Positions 18,907 through 28,149 of a DNA stretch of 64,000 nt are shown in pieces; within the stretch, counting starts at the first letter, position 1, and the number at the start of each line of letters is the position of its first letter. This stretch comes from Euryarchaeota archaeon UBA251. GTDB taxonomy: Archaea; Thermoplasmatota; Poseidoniia; Poseidoniales; Thalassarchaeaceae. The notes under the pieces were generated by a model, which saw nothing but the letters and a program-made list of their open reading frames with translations, had not been told where the DNA came from and searched no databases. The stretch is taken from contig DAFJ01000024.1 of the NCBI GenBank assembly GCA_002497905.1, positions 260-64,259 on the forward strand, given 5' to 3'. The position numbers were made by a program, and so were the translations under genes.

Positions 18907-21900
18907 TCAGATGTCGAGATCCGCTAAATCGTCCTCAAGCGACGACAAGGCATCACGTTGGTTTGGGTCTGCTGGCATGGGAACACCGTTCCGGATAGAT
19001 TGTCGGTGCTCGGACATAGAATCGACTTCACGGAGTTGCCGTTCGGTCTCATGGAGGTCTTGAACTTCCTTTGATCCAAGGATTGCTGAGGTTGGAACAA
19101 GGCCTAGATCAGATCGGTTTGAGATACTGACGCCATGTGTCTCTGAAGGTTCAGGTAGGGGTTCCCAAGTAGAGCGAACTTCACCATCATTTCTTTCCAC
19201 CTTGCTGTTTTCTTCTTTCCGTTCTGGATCCATTTCTTGAAGTGCCCGGTCATCAATCTCAGGGCGTTGCACCCCAACTAGTCGCCCAGTCTCGAAAGGT
19301 AACATACCGGATCTTTGGAAGCGCCAGATTGGCCCATGGAATCCCCCTTCCTCACTTGAGAGTGCTTCGAGACGCTTCGCCATCCTCTCCAGTGCTTCAA
19401 TAGTCGAGGCAAGATCCACGGATTGTCCTGCGTCTCTCTGGTCTGCATCGATGTAGATATCGTCGAGGGCTGATTGGATAAGTGCTTGAGTTTCAGCAGC
19501 TATGCGCGGCAGTGTCTCAGGGCGTGTAAGCATTCGCTCAATCGCTTCAATTCGGCTTCCAGGCATACCAAGATCATTGAGGCTACGGAGAACGTCACGC
19601 ATTTGTCCAATGGTGGTGGCTGCTTCTTCGTAACCACGAATTATGTCTTCCAAATCTAGTACTACATCGTTGACAATTTGCCCGAGCATGTGGTGCAGGC
19701 GTTGTTGAACCGACCAGCGTGTCAGGCCACGGACAGCAGAAGCAGTCTCTGGAGCCTGTTGTTCAAGAAGATCCATCACTTCAGTCGAAAGAAGGTGACG
19801 TGGTGTTGCTGCAACTTCATCAACAGTGTGTTGGATAACCGCTAGTCCTCTCTCGACAGCGCGATCGAGGAGAACCATAGATAGGCCACGATTACGAGCA
19901 CTTTCCATCCGTTCAAGCACTGGTTCGAGTGCACGCAGTCCCTCGTCGTCAAGGAGGGCTCGTGCGAGCGGCTCTTCTTGGAGGCGTGCGCGGATACGGT
20001 CAGCTTCAGCAATGTCAACTAGTGCCTGTTCATGAGCATCAGTGAGTTCTTCTGCATCAGCAATCATCTCTCTGAGTTCCGCTTCTGCCTGCGCCTTCCG
20101 TGCATCGAGATCACCTAGTTCCCGCATCAGAGTCCGTCGTTCTGACATGAGTTCTTTCAATTCGGTCTGAAGGAGGGATTGCCTTCTCTCAAGGTCATTC
20201 GTGCGACCTCGATCTTCGTCGATTTGTCTCCTTAGAGTGTGGAGATCCCCTTCAAGTGCTGCAACTTCCGCTCGATGATTTCTCATACGTACTTCGGCTT
20301 CCTTTGTTTCTGCTTCAGCGAGACGGTGCCGGTCGCGTAGAGATGCGACCTGTTCGGAGAGAACACGTTGGACACGCTCATCTTCGTTGAGTGCAGTGCG
20401 GACTTCGTCGAGTCGAGATTCGGCATCATTGAGGGTAGCACGCGTCTCTACCTCCTTCTTCATAATCTCCTCAAGCTCAGTACTCAGTTCCTCGCGCTTC
20501 TTGCTCTCACCTATAGCCGATGCAATCTCACTGGCCTTGCGCTCGACGAGGTGTTCGAGTTCTGCGACACGCTTCGCAAGAGAATCAGCTCTTGTTCGAT
20601 CAGCCTCGCTAGATTCACCTGCACGTTGGACAATGAGTCGCGCTTGGTCCAATTCATCGTTTAGGCTTCGAGCCCGGTTAGTGGCCTCATCGAGGAGTGC
20701 TGTCTTCTGGGCGAGGGTTTCATCGGATTGAGTGCGTTGAGTCTGTTCCTCTTCGAGCATCCGTTCCAAACGACCACGGTCCCGCTCTAATCCAATTTTG
20801 TCATCTTCTAATCGTCTGATTCGGTCGAGGACTTGGCGATCTTCAGGCTGTAGTACTTTGCCCGCTGCAGAAGATGGTAGAATCTTCGCGGTAGCACGTC
20901 CACCCGTGTCTAATAATCTCCATTGGATCTTTGAAGAGGCTACAGCGTCCATCCCCATCTCGAATCGGTATAGTCGATCCAAACGGTCAGTAAGGAGGTC
21001 GCGCCTACTCTCTGAACGTGTGCGGACAGTGGCTATCGAATGACACATCGCTTCGAGAGTGAATCCTTCGATATTCCCTCGGCCAAGTGTGAGCCTTGCA
21101 GAGCGTTCCAAGCGATGGAGTTGAAGATCAGCACTTGGCGATGAGATATTACGAATTGAGGCAGCTAATTCCTCGACTGTTGAATAGATACCTGAGGGCA
21201 GCCCATCTATGAGAAGGATGGATACGGGTTCTCCCTTGCCTTCCGATTTCAAATGTCCCGTAATTTCCTCGGTCTTTGCCGTGGATAACATTGAGATTAA
21301 TGCGTCGACACCTCCTTTTCCTTCTCGAACAATGAATCCGTCTGATGGCGCCACAATCTCTGCATCAGCATCGTTTTCCGCAGGTTCAATCATGCCTGCA
21401 GCATTCATCAGGAGTGTCATAGGGTCGGCCCCGCCGGTCGTCCAGAGTGCTAATCCTGCTGTGCCATCTCTTGCGACAGTCATTTCATGCTCATCGAAGG
21501 CTTGTCGATACCAGGGTGCAGGGGATGCTCCCATGAGTTGAGTCAAGGCATCCATGCCTCTCATTTGGGCATCAAGATCTGCAGAAAGTGCATCCGGGTC
21601 AGCCGGCGTTTCACCTGAGGAATGGATGAGAACCCCATCCTCGAATGCTAGAGCCGCGATAACTCCAGTTTCCGATTCAAGCACGTCGACGACGAGGGGC
21701 CAATCATGCGTGGCTGCAGGTAGACGCCGTCCGGCTAGACCTAATGTTCCCATCAATGCCGGATCAGCAAGACATTCGGGAATGCCATCGATGAGGCTCC
21801 GCACTTCCTCTAACAATAGGGTGTATGCCTTGTGTCTCAATTCGTGAGCATCCTCTAACTCTACCAATCGTGCTTTTGCCGCATGTCCTCCGAGGTAGTG

Positions 21901-22086
21901 TTTGTTCTCCTCGGCATCAGCCAGCCAGCCGACTATATGTCCACCTGCCACAATTCTGTGTGCACAGGGGCTTCGTGACTTTGGTTTGTAACTCGAGATG
22001 ATTCCACATTCGAAATCAACCACTTCGTTCAGCGCACTCCCGTCGAATGTGCGGTCTATGGGGTCTCCATGGGGTAGGTCAAACAT
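18907..22086 (-). CDS. 1059-aa protein with a Roadblock/LC7-like segment, a PATAN(DUF4388)-like segment, a ~300-residue coiled coil and a helical C-terminal region
   Basis: Roadblock-like TGVIAALAFEDGVLIHSSGE..AGLALWTTGGADPMTLL at ~21382-21714. PATAN-like VDALISMLSTAKTEEITGHLKSEGKGEPVSILLIDGLPSGIYS at ~21052-21339. Uninterrupted E/R/L/A heptad-rich region at ~19927-20800. Confidence 0.7.
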   Translation of the reverse strand: MFDLPHGDPIDRTFDGSALNEVVDFECGIISSYKPKSRSPCAHRIVAGGHIVGWLADAEENKHYLGGHAAKARLVELEDAHELRHKAYTLLLEEVRSLIDGIPECLADPALMGTLGLAGRRLPAATHDWPLVVDVLESETGVIAALAFEDGVLIHSSGETPADPDALSADLDAQMRGMDALTQLMGASPAPWYRQAFDEHEMTVARDGTAGLALWTTGGADPMTLLMNAAGMIEPAENDADAEIVAPSDGFIVREGKGGVDALISMLSTAKTEEITGHLKSEGKGEPVSILLIDGLPSGIYSTVEELAASIRNISSPSADLQLHRLERSARLTLGRGNIEGFTLEAMCHSIATVRTRSESRRDLLTDRLDRLYRFEMGMDAVASSKIQWRLLDTGGRATAKILPSSAAGKVLQPEDRQVLDRIRRLEDDKIGLERDRGRLERMLEEEQTQRTQSDETLAQKTALLDEATNRARSLNDELDQARLIVQRAGESSEADRTRADSLAKRVAELEHLVERKASEIASAIGESKKREELSTELEEIMKKEVETRATLNDAESRLDEVRTALNEDERVQRVLSEQVASLRDRHRLAEAETKEAEVRMRNHRAEVAALEGDLHTLRRQIDEDRGRTNDLERRQSLLQTELKELMSERRTLMRELGDLDARKAQAEAELREMIADAEELTDAHEQALVDIAEADRIRARLQEEPLARALLDDEGLRALEPVLERMESARNRGLSMVLLDRAVERGLAVIQHTVDEVAATPRHLLSTEVMDLLEQQAPETASAVRGLTRWSVQQRLHHMLGQIVNDVVLDLEDIIRGYEEAATTIGQMRDVLRSLNDLGMPGSRIEAIERMLTRPETLPRIAAETQALIQSALDDIYIDADQRDAGQSVDLASTIEALERMAKRLEALSSEEGGFHGPIWRFQRSGMLPFETGRLVGVQRPEIDDRALQEMDPERKEENSKVERNDGEVRSTWEPLPEPSETHGVSISNRSDLGLVPTSAILGSKEVQDLHETERQLREVDSMSEHRQSIRNGVPMPADPNQRDALSSLEDDLADLDI

Positions 22087-22090
22087 TTCA

Positions 22091-22417
22091 TCACCTCAAC
22101 AAATTGGCAAGATCGCCTCGCGTTCTCCTGACTTCGTGGGCACAACGCCCAAGACGTCTTGGGGAATCAGTCTTCATCCAGAGCAATGCGTCGTCCCCTG
22201 TTCTTGAAGCGATGACCGCCCCTTGTTCAGACTCAATCCACCACTCTTGTAGCTGCCCAATTCCCGATTCACGTGCTAGACGTTCGACTGTAGTCCATGA
22301 AGGGACGGAGGATATTCCGTCTTTAGAAGGAGTAATCATTGTACCGTCTAGTTTCTCCATCCATGATTCGACCACACCAGGGAGGTGGGTATATGCGCGA
22401 ACGACGTTCTCAATCAT
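22091..22417 (-). CDS. Roadblock/LC7 (MglB-like) domain protein
   Basis: 108 aa. LPGVVESWMEKLDGTMI and GAVIASRTGDDALLWMKTD fit the Roadblock alpha-beta-alpha pattern. Its stop lies 4 nt before the 1059-aa gene. Confidence 0.5.
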   Translation of the reverse strand: MIENVVRAYTHLPGVVESWMEKLDGTMITPSKDGISSVPSWTTVERLARESGIGQLQEWWIESEQGAVIASRTGDDALLWMKTDSPRRLGRCAHEVRRTRGDLANLLR

Positions 22418-22519
22418 GCTATCTAAAGAGGTTCAGGTTGTATTCGACTTCAAGAACTTGCCCCTGAAAGGGGCCACAGATAGTGTTTCGAGGGTTTCTT
22501 GTCTGGTGCCGAGAATCTG

Positions 22520-22636
22520 AATTGGAATCATTATCCAATTGGAGGAATCTAACTTCCCACTTCTAATTTCTAAAAGTGTATTTTCCAATTGAAAAATCTA
22601 ATTTCTAATTGATTAATTGAACGATTCGTTGAAGCC
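22520..22636. promoter_or_regulatory. AT-rich, repeat-laden divergent promoter region
   Basis: Perfect 10-bp palindrome TCCAATTGGA (22534-22543). 12-nt direct repeat TCTAATTTCTAA at 22562-22573 and 22597-22608. CCAATTG occurs twice and AATTGA three times. Confidence 0.4.
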
Positions 22637-23653
22637 ATGAAGCCACTACCGAGATTCGTGCCCAGTGCTCTCGAAGTCACTTCCTGTTCTCGTTGTTCTC
22701 GTGATTCCATCATACATCAGATATACAGCGGGCAGCATCTCTGTGGTAGTCACCTCGTCGAATTGATTCACAAACGTGTATCGAAGACATTACGACGTCA
22801 ACTCCCCCTTCCAAAGAATGCACTGTCGACTCTTGGACGACCATATCGGGTGCTTGTAGCGGTGAGCGGTGGCAAGGATTCCGCTCTTATGTTGCATTTA
22901 CTTCATCGGATTCTCGGTAAGCGACGTGATGTAGAGATTATTGCTGGAGTGGTAGACGAGGGTATCGAAGGTTATCGTGCACCGTCGGTAGATTGTGCAC
23001 AATCCCTTTGCGATCATTTAGGCATCCGTCTCGAGAGAATATCGTATCCAGATCTTTCTTTTCCAAAGATGGATAATCTTGTCCAATCTCTTCCTCAGGT
23101 AGGTGAATCGAATGATGAGGTGAATGGTATGATGCCGTGTAGTTTCTGTGGAGTATTTCGCCGCCAAGGCCTCAATGCACTTGCTGAAAGGGTAGGAGCA
23201 GATGTCATGGCTTTGGGTCACAATCTCGATGATGTTGCTCAATCTATTCTCATGAATCTTCAGAAGGGAGAGGTTGATCGAACAATTCGACTAGCTCCGC
23301 ATACTGAACAGAAGATTGACGGGTTAACGCCAAGAATTGTACCTCTTCGCTGGATTCCAGAACAGGAGATACACGCTGCTGCAATTCAACTTGATCTACC
23401 CATTCATCATGGAAACTGCCCTCATGCTGGCGGAGCGCTTCGACAGAGGAGTCGTTTGATAGTTGCTGAAATTGAACGGGATGTTCCAGGCAGCCGTCAT
23501 GGGTTACTACAATCCATGGATCGAATCAAGGAACTTGCTCGTGAATCTAATGTTTCAAACAATGAGTCAATCCGTTCCTGTGAGAATTGTGGCCAGCCGA
23601 CGAACCGCCCTATTTGTCAAGCTTGTACTATGCGAGAATGGTTCATGGATTGA
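22637..23653 (+). CDS. ttuA: PP-loop ATPase of the TtuA/Ncs6(NcsA) tRNA 2-thiolation family
   Basis: N-terminal Zn finger CSRC..CGSH, PP-loop VSGGKDS, Fe-S Cys cluster CSFCG..GNCPH, and C-terminal Zn finger CENCG..CQAC. Confidence 0.75.
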   Translation: MKPLPRFVPSALEVTSCSRCSRDSIIHQIYSGQHLCGSHLVELIHKRVSKTLRRQLPLPKNALSTLGRPYRVLVAVSGGKDSALMLHLLHRILGKRRDVEIIAGVVDEGIEGYRAPSVDCAQSLCDHLGIRLERISYPDLSFPKMDNLVQSLPQVGESNDEVNGMMPCSFCGVFRRQGLNALAERVGADVMALGHNLDDVAQSILMNLQKGEVDRTIRLAPHTEQKIDGLTPRIVPLRWIPEQEIHAAAIQLDLPIHHGNCPHAGGALRQRSRLIVAEIERDVPGSRHGLLQSMDRIKELARESNVSNNESIRSCENCGQPTNRPICQACTMREWFMD

Positions 23654-23719
23654 GTATTTCTTACAGAAAAGAAAATCCCCAATATGGGACCACTGTCATT
23701 TTTACCCACTTCTGAAAGA

Positions 23720-25144
23720 TCATTCAATGGGGCGTTGTATTGCCTTTATCTCAAGGAACTCATCTAGACCTTCCACGCCAAGTTCTCGCCCATTCCCCGA
23801 TTGCTTGTAGCCGCCAAATGGTGCACTGACATTGAATGGTCCACCGTTTATGCTTACTTGACCAGTGCGCATACCCTTTGCGAATGCCATCGCTCGTTCG
23901 GAATCGCCTGACCAGACGCCGCCAGAAAGCCCGTAGATTGAATCGTTTGCTAGGGCAAGTGCCTCTTCTTCAGATTCGTATGTTGTAATTGTCATTACAG
24001 GGCCGAAAACCTCCTCTTTCCAGATTGTCATTTCAGGAGTGACGTCAGCAAAGGCAGTTGGCCGAACAAAGAAACCAGTTTCGATACCATCTGGCATCCC
24101 GGTACCTCCTGCAATCATTGTCGCACCTTGATCAATAGCCGATTGTATGTAACTGCGGACACTAGCTTGCTGTTTCGCAGATACCATTGGTCCACAGCGT
24201 GTATTCTCATCTAGTGGATCACCTGGAGTGTAGCCTTCTACACGCTTTTTGACTAACTCTAGAATCTCCTCTTTGTGTGCTACTGGGATAATGAGTCGAG
24301 TTAGTGCAGAACAGGTCTGGCCTGAGTTTTGGTAGCAGGCGCCAATCGATGATTTTGCAGCACGGATAACATCAGCGTCGTCGAGTATTACATTCGCGGA
24401 TTTCCCTCCAAGTTCAAGGGTCACGCGCTTCACAGTCGGTGCAGCCGCCCGAGAGACACGGATGCCAGCGCCGGTGGATCCGGTGAACGAAACCATGTCG
24501 ACATCTGGATGTCCCGAGAGAATCTCTCCAACCTCACTACCGTGTCCACTGACTAGGTTGAATACCCCTGGTGGGAGGCCAATGTCATGGAGAATATCAG
24601 CGAGTAAGAATGCGTTTAGTGGAGCCTCTTTGGATGGCTTGAGTACCATGGTGCAGCCGGCAGCAAGTGCAGGAGCTACCTTGCCGACAATCTGGTGGAG
24701 TGGAAAGTTCCACGGAGTGATGAAAGCACATACTCCTACAGGTTCCTTCGTGATAATCGAGTTTCGGACTTCATGCTCCCATTCGTAGGATTCAAGCATT
24801 TTCGCGTAAGATCTTGCAACAACGCGTGGAGTACCAACCATCGCCATACGGCTGTAGCCAATTGGTGTCCCAACTTCCGCTGTTATTGTCTGTGCTAACT
24901 CCTCGGTGAGTTCCTTGAGAGCCAACGAAAGGTCGTTGAGAGCAGACATACGAGTTTCGATGCTACTGTTAGCCCATTCCGGGAAGGCGCGTTTCGCCGC
25001 GGCAACTGCGAGATCTACATCTGCTGCCGATCCGGCGGGAACAGAACCGATGACCTGCTCGGTTGTGGGGTTGATAACCTCAATCGTTCCATCACCCTGA
25101 GAGGCAATCCATGCTCCATCGATGTACAGTTCTTCGCGTTGCAT
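23720..25144 (-). CDS. NAD-dependent aldehyde dehydrogenase
   Basis: ELGGKSA, GQTCSA (catalytic Cys), FTGSTGAG; 474 aa. Confidence 0.9.
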   Translation of the reverse strand: MQREELYIDGAWIASQGDGTIEVINPTTEQVIGSVPAGSAADVDLAVAAAKRAFPEWANSSIETRMSALNDLSLALKELTEELAQTITAEVGTPIGYSRMAMVGTPRVVARSYAKMLESYEWEHEVRNSIITKEPVGVCAFITPWNFPLHQIVGKVAPALAAGCTMVLKPSKEAPLNAFLLADILHDIGLPPGVFNLVSGHGSEVGEILSGHPDVDMVSFTGSTGAGIRVSRAAAPTVKRVTLELGGKSANVILDDADVIRAAKSSIGACYQNSGQTCSALTRLIIPVAHKEEILELVKKRVEGYTPGDPLDENTRCGPMVSAKQQASVRSYIQSAIDQGATMIAGGTGMPDGIETGFFVRPTAFADVTPEMTIWKEEVFGPVMTITTYESEEEALALANDSIYGLSGGVWSGDSERAMAFAKGMRTGQVSINGGPFNVSAPFGGYKQSGNGRELGVEGLDEFLEIKAIQRPIE

Positions 25145-25214
25145 CGGTCTTCCTGAGGAATACGTATCTTATGACCTTCATGGACTTCAATAACGTAGAC
25201 CTCCACCGCGAAGT

Positions 25215-26012
25215 ATGACTGTCGGCGTGGTAACCCAGGGTCAAACTGCGGTCGTGACGTTGTCAGAAGAAGCCTCTAACAACGCCTTCGATGCGGTCTC
25301 AATGGCGGCAATATCGGCCGAACTTACACGTCTGATGGATGATCCTGACATCAGATCCATCGTGATTACCGGGTCTGGTCGTGTGTTTTGTGCTGGTGCT
25401 GACATTCAGTCATTCAAGTATGCAATCGAGGATGGCTCTGCAGCGGACCTTGTTGCTACCTTGACCGGTATCCTTCATCCACTCCTTGTTCGTATGCGTG
25501 GCGATCCTACTGTTATGGTGGCAGCCATGAATGGAGCTGCTGCTGGAGGAGGTCTCGGGCTTGCATTAGCTTGTGATGTCCGCATCGCATCAACTAACGC
25601 ACGTATGGCCTCTGCATTCTTCCGGCTTGGACTCTCTCCAGATGGTGGAACTACGTGGCTTCTTCCACGTCTTGTGGGTATCCAGAATACTCGTCGTTTT
25701 CTCTTTGAAGATCAGACCTGGAGTGCAGAGGAAGCTTTGGATTTAGGTGCAGTCGATGAGGTTGTTGAAGCTGATGAACTCATACCTCGTGCGATTCGTA
25801 TTGCGATGGATTGGGGGCGCTGGTCTGATCAATCAAAGAGGTCTACAAAGCAGTTGTTGGATTCTCAATCCTCGACTTTCTTTGAGACTCAATTAGAATT
25901 TGAACGAATGCTCATTACGGAATCAAGCCGTTCACCCGACTTTGTCGAAGGTGTCGAATCTTTCCTCGAGAAGCGCGATCCAATCTTCCATTCTTCTGAT
26001 GAATCAGAATAA
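25215..26012 (+). CDS. Enoyl-CoA hydratase/isomerase (crotonase) family protein
   Basis: FCAGADI and AAMNGAAAGGGLGLALACD oxyanion-hole segments; 265 aa. Confidence 0.85.
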   Translation: MTVGVVTQGQTAVVTLSEEASNNAFDAVSMAAISAELTRLMDDPDIRSIVITGSGRVFCAGADIQSFKYAIEDGSAADLVATLTGILHPLLVRMRGDPTVMVAAMNGAAAGGGLGLALACDVRIASTNARMASAFFRLGLSPDGGTTWLLPRLVGIQNTRRFLFEDQTWSAEEALDLGAVDEVVEADELIPRAIRIAMDWGRWSDQSKRSTKQLLDSQSSTFFETQLEFERMLITESSRSPDFVEGVESFLEKRDPIFHSSDESE

Positions 26013-26279
26013 TTCAGCAGAGGATTCAATCCGTCTAAGCTGTGTAACTCGTAATGCGACTAGTGCGACACATGCCCCTGCAGCAATGTTCGATCCGATA
26101 ATTGCGAGTGAATTAATTAGAAATCCGTAGATTATCCATAGGACTAAGGCGATACAGATTGCTAAGAGGGTTGGTATTGAGATACCATCGTGAAGCCGTT
26201 GAACCATTACGCGATGGAGTTGTGGAAGCCAAGCGACGACACCGAGTAATCCGGCCATAGCACCGATTGCTTCAATCAT
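26004..26279 (-). CDS. SemiSWEET / PQ-loop three-helix transporter
   Basis: About 91 aa with three TM helices and a PQ motif (AWLPQLHRV). ATG at 26279; the track start at 26294 is GTG. Confidence 0.6.
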   Translation of the reverse strand: MIEAIGAMAGLLGVVAWLPQLHRVMVQRLHDGISIPTLLAICIALVLWIIYGFLINSLAIIGSNIAAGACVALVALRVTQLRRIESSAELF

Positions 26280-26303
26280 GACATCTGAAAGCACTGCGTC
26301 ACC

Positions 26304-27191
26304 TCAGAGATTGTGGTCACGATCACTTTTCTCACCTTTTGACCAATCATAGATACCTCGTCCGGTTTTCTTTCCGAGTTCACCATCTTCAACCAGTTGG
26401 TTGAGTAGTGGATGCGGGAGATATCGAGTATCATCGAAGGCCTTTGCAAGGTTGTTTAGGATATCTCTGCGAACATCGAGGCCTACAAGATCAGTTAGTT
26501 CCAAGGGTCCCATCGGGTGCCTGTATCCTAATCGCATCGCTGTGTCAATGTCGCTAGCAGAAGCGACGCCGTCCGCTAGCATACGAATTGCTTCGTTTCC
26601 GAGCACGACACCGAGCCGACTCGTGGCGAACCCTGGCACATCTCGGACTAGGATAGAGGTCTTGTCTAGATGTTCAGCGATACTTCGAGCCGCTTCGATG
26701 GTCTCATCACTCGTGCCATCATGTTGGATGAGTTCGAGGAGTGCCATCAACGGAACCGGATTGAAGAAGTGCATGCCGATGACACTTTGTGGCCTTGTGG
26801 TTACTTCTGCAATTTCTCCGATGGGGAGTCCAGAGGTATTACTTCCAAGGATTGCATGTGCAGGTGCTGCAGCATCGATTCTTTGGAAAATCTCTCTCTT
26901 TAGATCCATAATCTCTGGAACTGCTTCGATAACTAGATCTGCTTCACATACAGCGTCCTCAAGAGAATTTGTAGGGTGAAGATTTGCACTCCATTCAGAC
27001 TTTTGATTCTCGGTGGTCTTACCCCTAGCGATGCCCTTGTCCCAGAATGCATGTATACGTTCCATCCCTCGTTCAAGACCTTCAGGAAACGCATCATGGA
27101 GGTGTGTCTTCCAACCGGTTTGAGCACAGATTTGGGCGATACCCGCCCCCATCGTCCCGGCTCCAATCACGGCGACGGTTCGTATGTCCAT
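26304..27191 (-). CDS. 3-hydroxyacyl-CoA (3-hydroxybutyryl-CoA) dehydrogenase
   Basis: Rossmann motif VAVIGAGTMGAGIA, HFFNPVP motif and a C-terminal dimerisation domain. Confidence 0.9.
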   Translation of the reverse strand: MDIRTVAVIGAGTMGAGIAQICAQTGWKTHLHDAFPEGLERGMERIHAFWDKGIARGKTTENQKSEWSANLHPTNSLEDAVCEADLVIEAVPEIMDLKREIFQRIDAAAPAHAILGSNTSGLPIGEIAEVTTRPQSVIGMHFFNPVPLMALLELIQHDGTSDETIEAARSIAEHLDKTSILVRDVPGFATSRLGVVLGNEAIRMLADGVASASDIDTAMRLGYRHPMGPLELTDLVGLDVRRDILNNLAKAFDDTRYLPHPLLNQLVEDGELGKKTGRGIYDWSKGEKSDRDHNL

Positions 27192-27192
27192 A

Positions 27193-28149
27193 TCATTCGA
27201 CAGTTATTGCCTGTACATCACCCTTCGCGCTCTGAGCGAATGCAACACCTCCGACGATTAGAACAAAGGCAAGTAGGAGACTCCACCCCAACTTCTCATC
27301 TAATAGGATCCAACCACTCAGAATTCCAAACAATGGAACCAGATAGACGTAGAGTGCGGCAGGCCCGGCTCCGATTGTTCGGATACCTTCTGCATACCAT
27401 ACATAGGATACAACAGTAGATAGAATGGCAAGGAAGAGGATTGCTGCCAATGCTTCTGTGGATGGTATGACCCATTGGCTTGATGCACCTTCCCAGATGA
27501 ATCCAGGTGTCAGAAATATGAGACCAGTAATCGATGACCAGACGGTGATGCGCAGTGGTGACATTGGTTTTTCACCATCTGGCGCGCTAGTCATACCTCG
27601 CTTCATTGCAATTGCAGATGCTGACCATGACAGTGCTGCCAACATTATGAACAAATCACCCAAAATTCGTGTGCCATTTGGTATGTCTATGTTCGGTGAT
27701 TGGAGGAAGAGAATCGCAACACCAGCGATTGCGAAAATGATCCCCGTTCCGAGTCGAGAAGTCATCTTCTCGTTAAGGAAGAAGATGGCTAGTATTGCAG
27801 TAAATAGTGGGTTAAATGTAATCATTAGTGATGCATCACCTGCTGCAGTCCGCTCCATGCCGAGCATGAAGAATACCTGGTAAAGAAAGGTTGAGAAGAA
27901 GCCGACAAAGGCTACGATTTTCCATTCTCTCATGTTTGGTAATGTAAAACGTCCAGTCGAAGCTAGCCAAGTGATGAATGCTAGGACGGCAACGAGGTAA
28001 CGGAGCCAAGATGCAGTGAAGGTGGGTATTTCTTGAGCAAGAACCCGTCCTGCCACCCAGCCAACGCCCCATATAGCGGCAACTACGACCAACCTAAGAT
28101 GGACAGTGAGGTGTTGCACACGATGCCGTCCATGTTTACGATGAATCAA
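27193..28149 (-). CDS. EamA/DMT superfamily transporter
   Basis: About 10 TM helices in two EamA-like repeats. The TTG start at 28149 directly abuts the upstream stop. Confidence 0.7.
   Translation of the reverse strand: MIHRKHGRHRVQHLTVHLRLVVVAAIWGVGWVAGRVLAQEIPTFTASWLRYLVAVLAFITWLASTGRFTLPNMREWKIVAFVGFFSTFLYQVFFMLGMERTAAGDASLMITFNPLFTAILAIFFLNEKMTSRLGTGIIFAIAGVAILFLQSPNIDIPNGTRILGDLFIMLAALSWSASAIAMKRGMTSAPDGEKPMSPLRITVWSSITGLIFLTPGFIWEGASSQWVIPSTEALAAILFLAILSTVVSYVWYAEGIRTIGAGPAALYVYLVPLFGILSGWILLDEKLGWSLLLAFVLIVGGVAFAQSAKGDVQAITVE

Noticed and set aside
19474-21847. Multiple plus-strand ORFs (61-114 aa) inside the 1059-aa coiled-coil gene
   Set aside because: Ser/Arg/Ala-rich antisense shadows of the GAG/CTC-rich coiled-coil coding sequence.
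22047-22520. 157-aa plus-strand ORF opposite the Roadblock gene
   Set aside because: Antisense to two coupled minus-strand genes. It has no motifs, and the plus-strand gene ttuA has its own promoter region further on.
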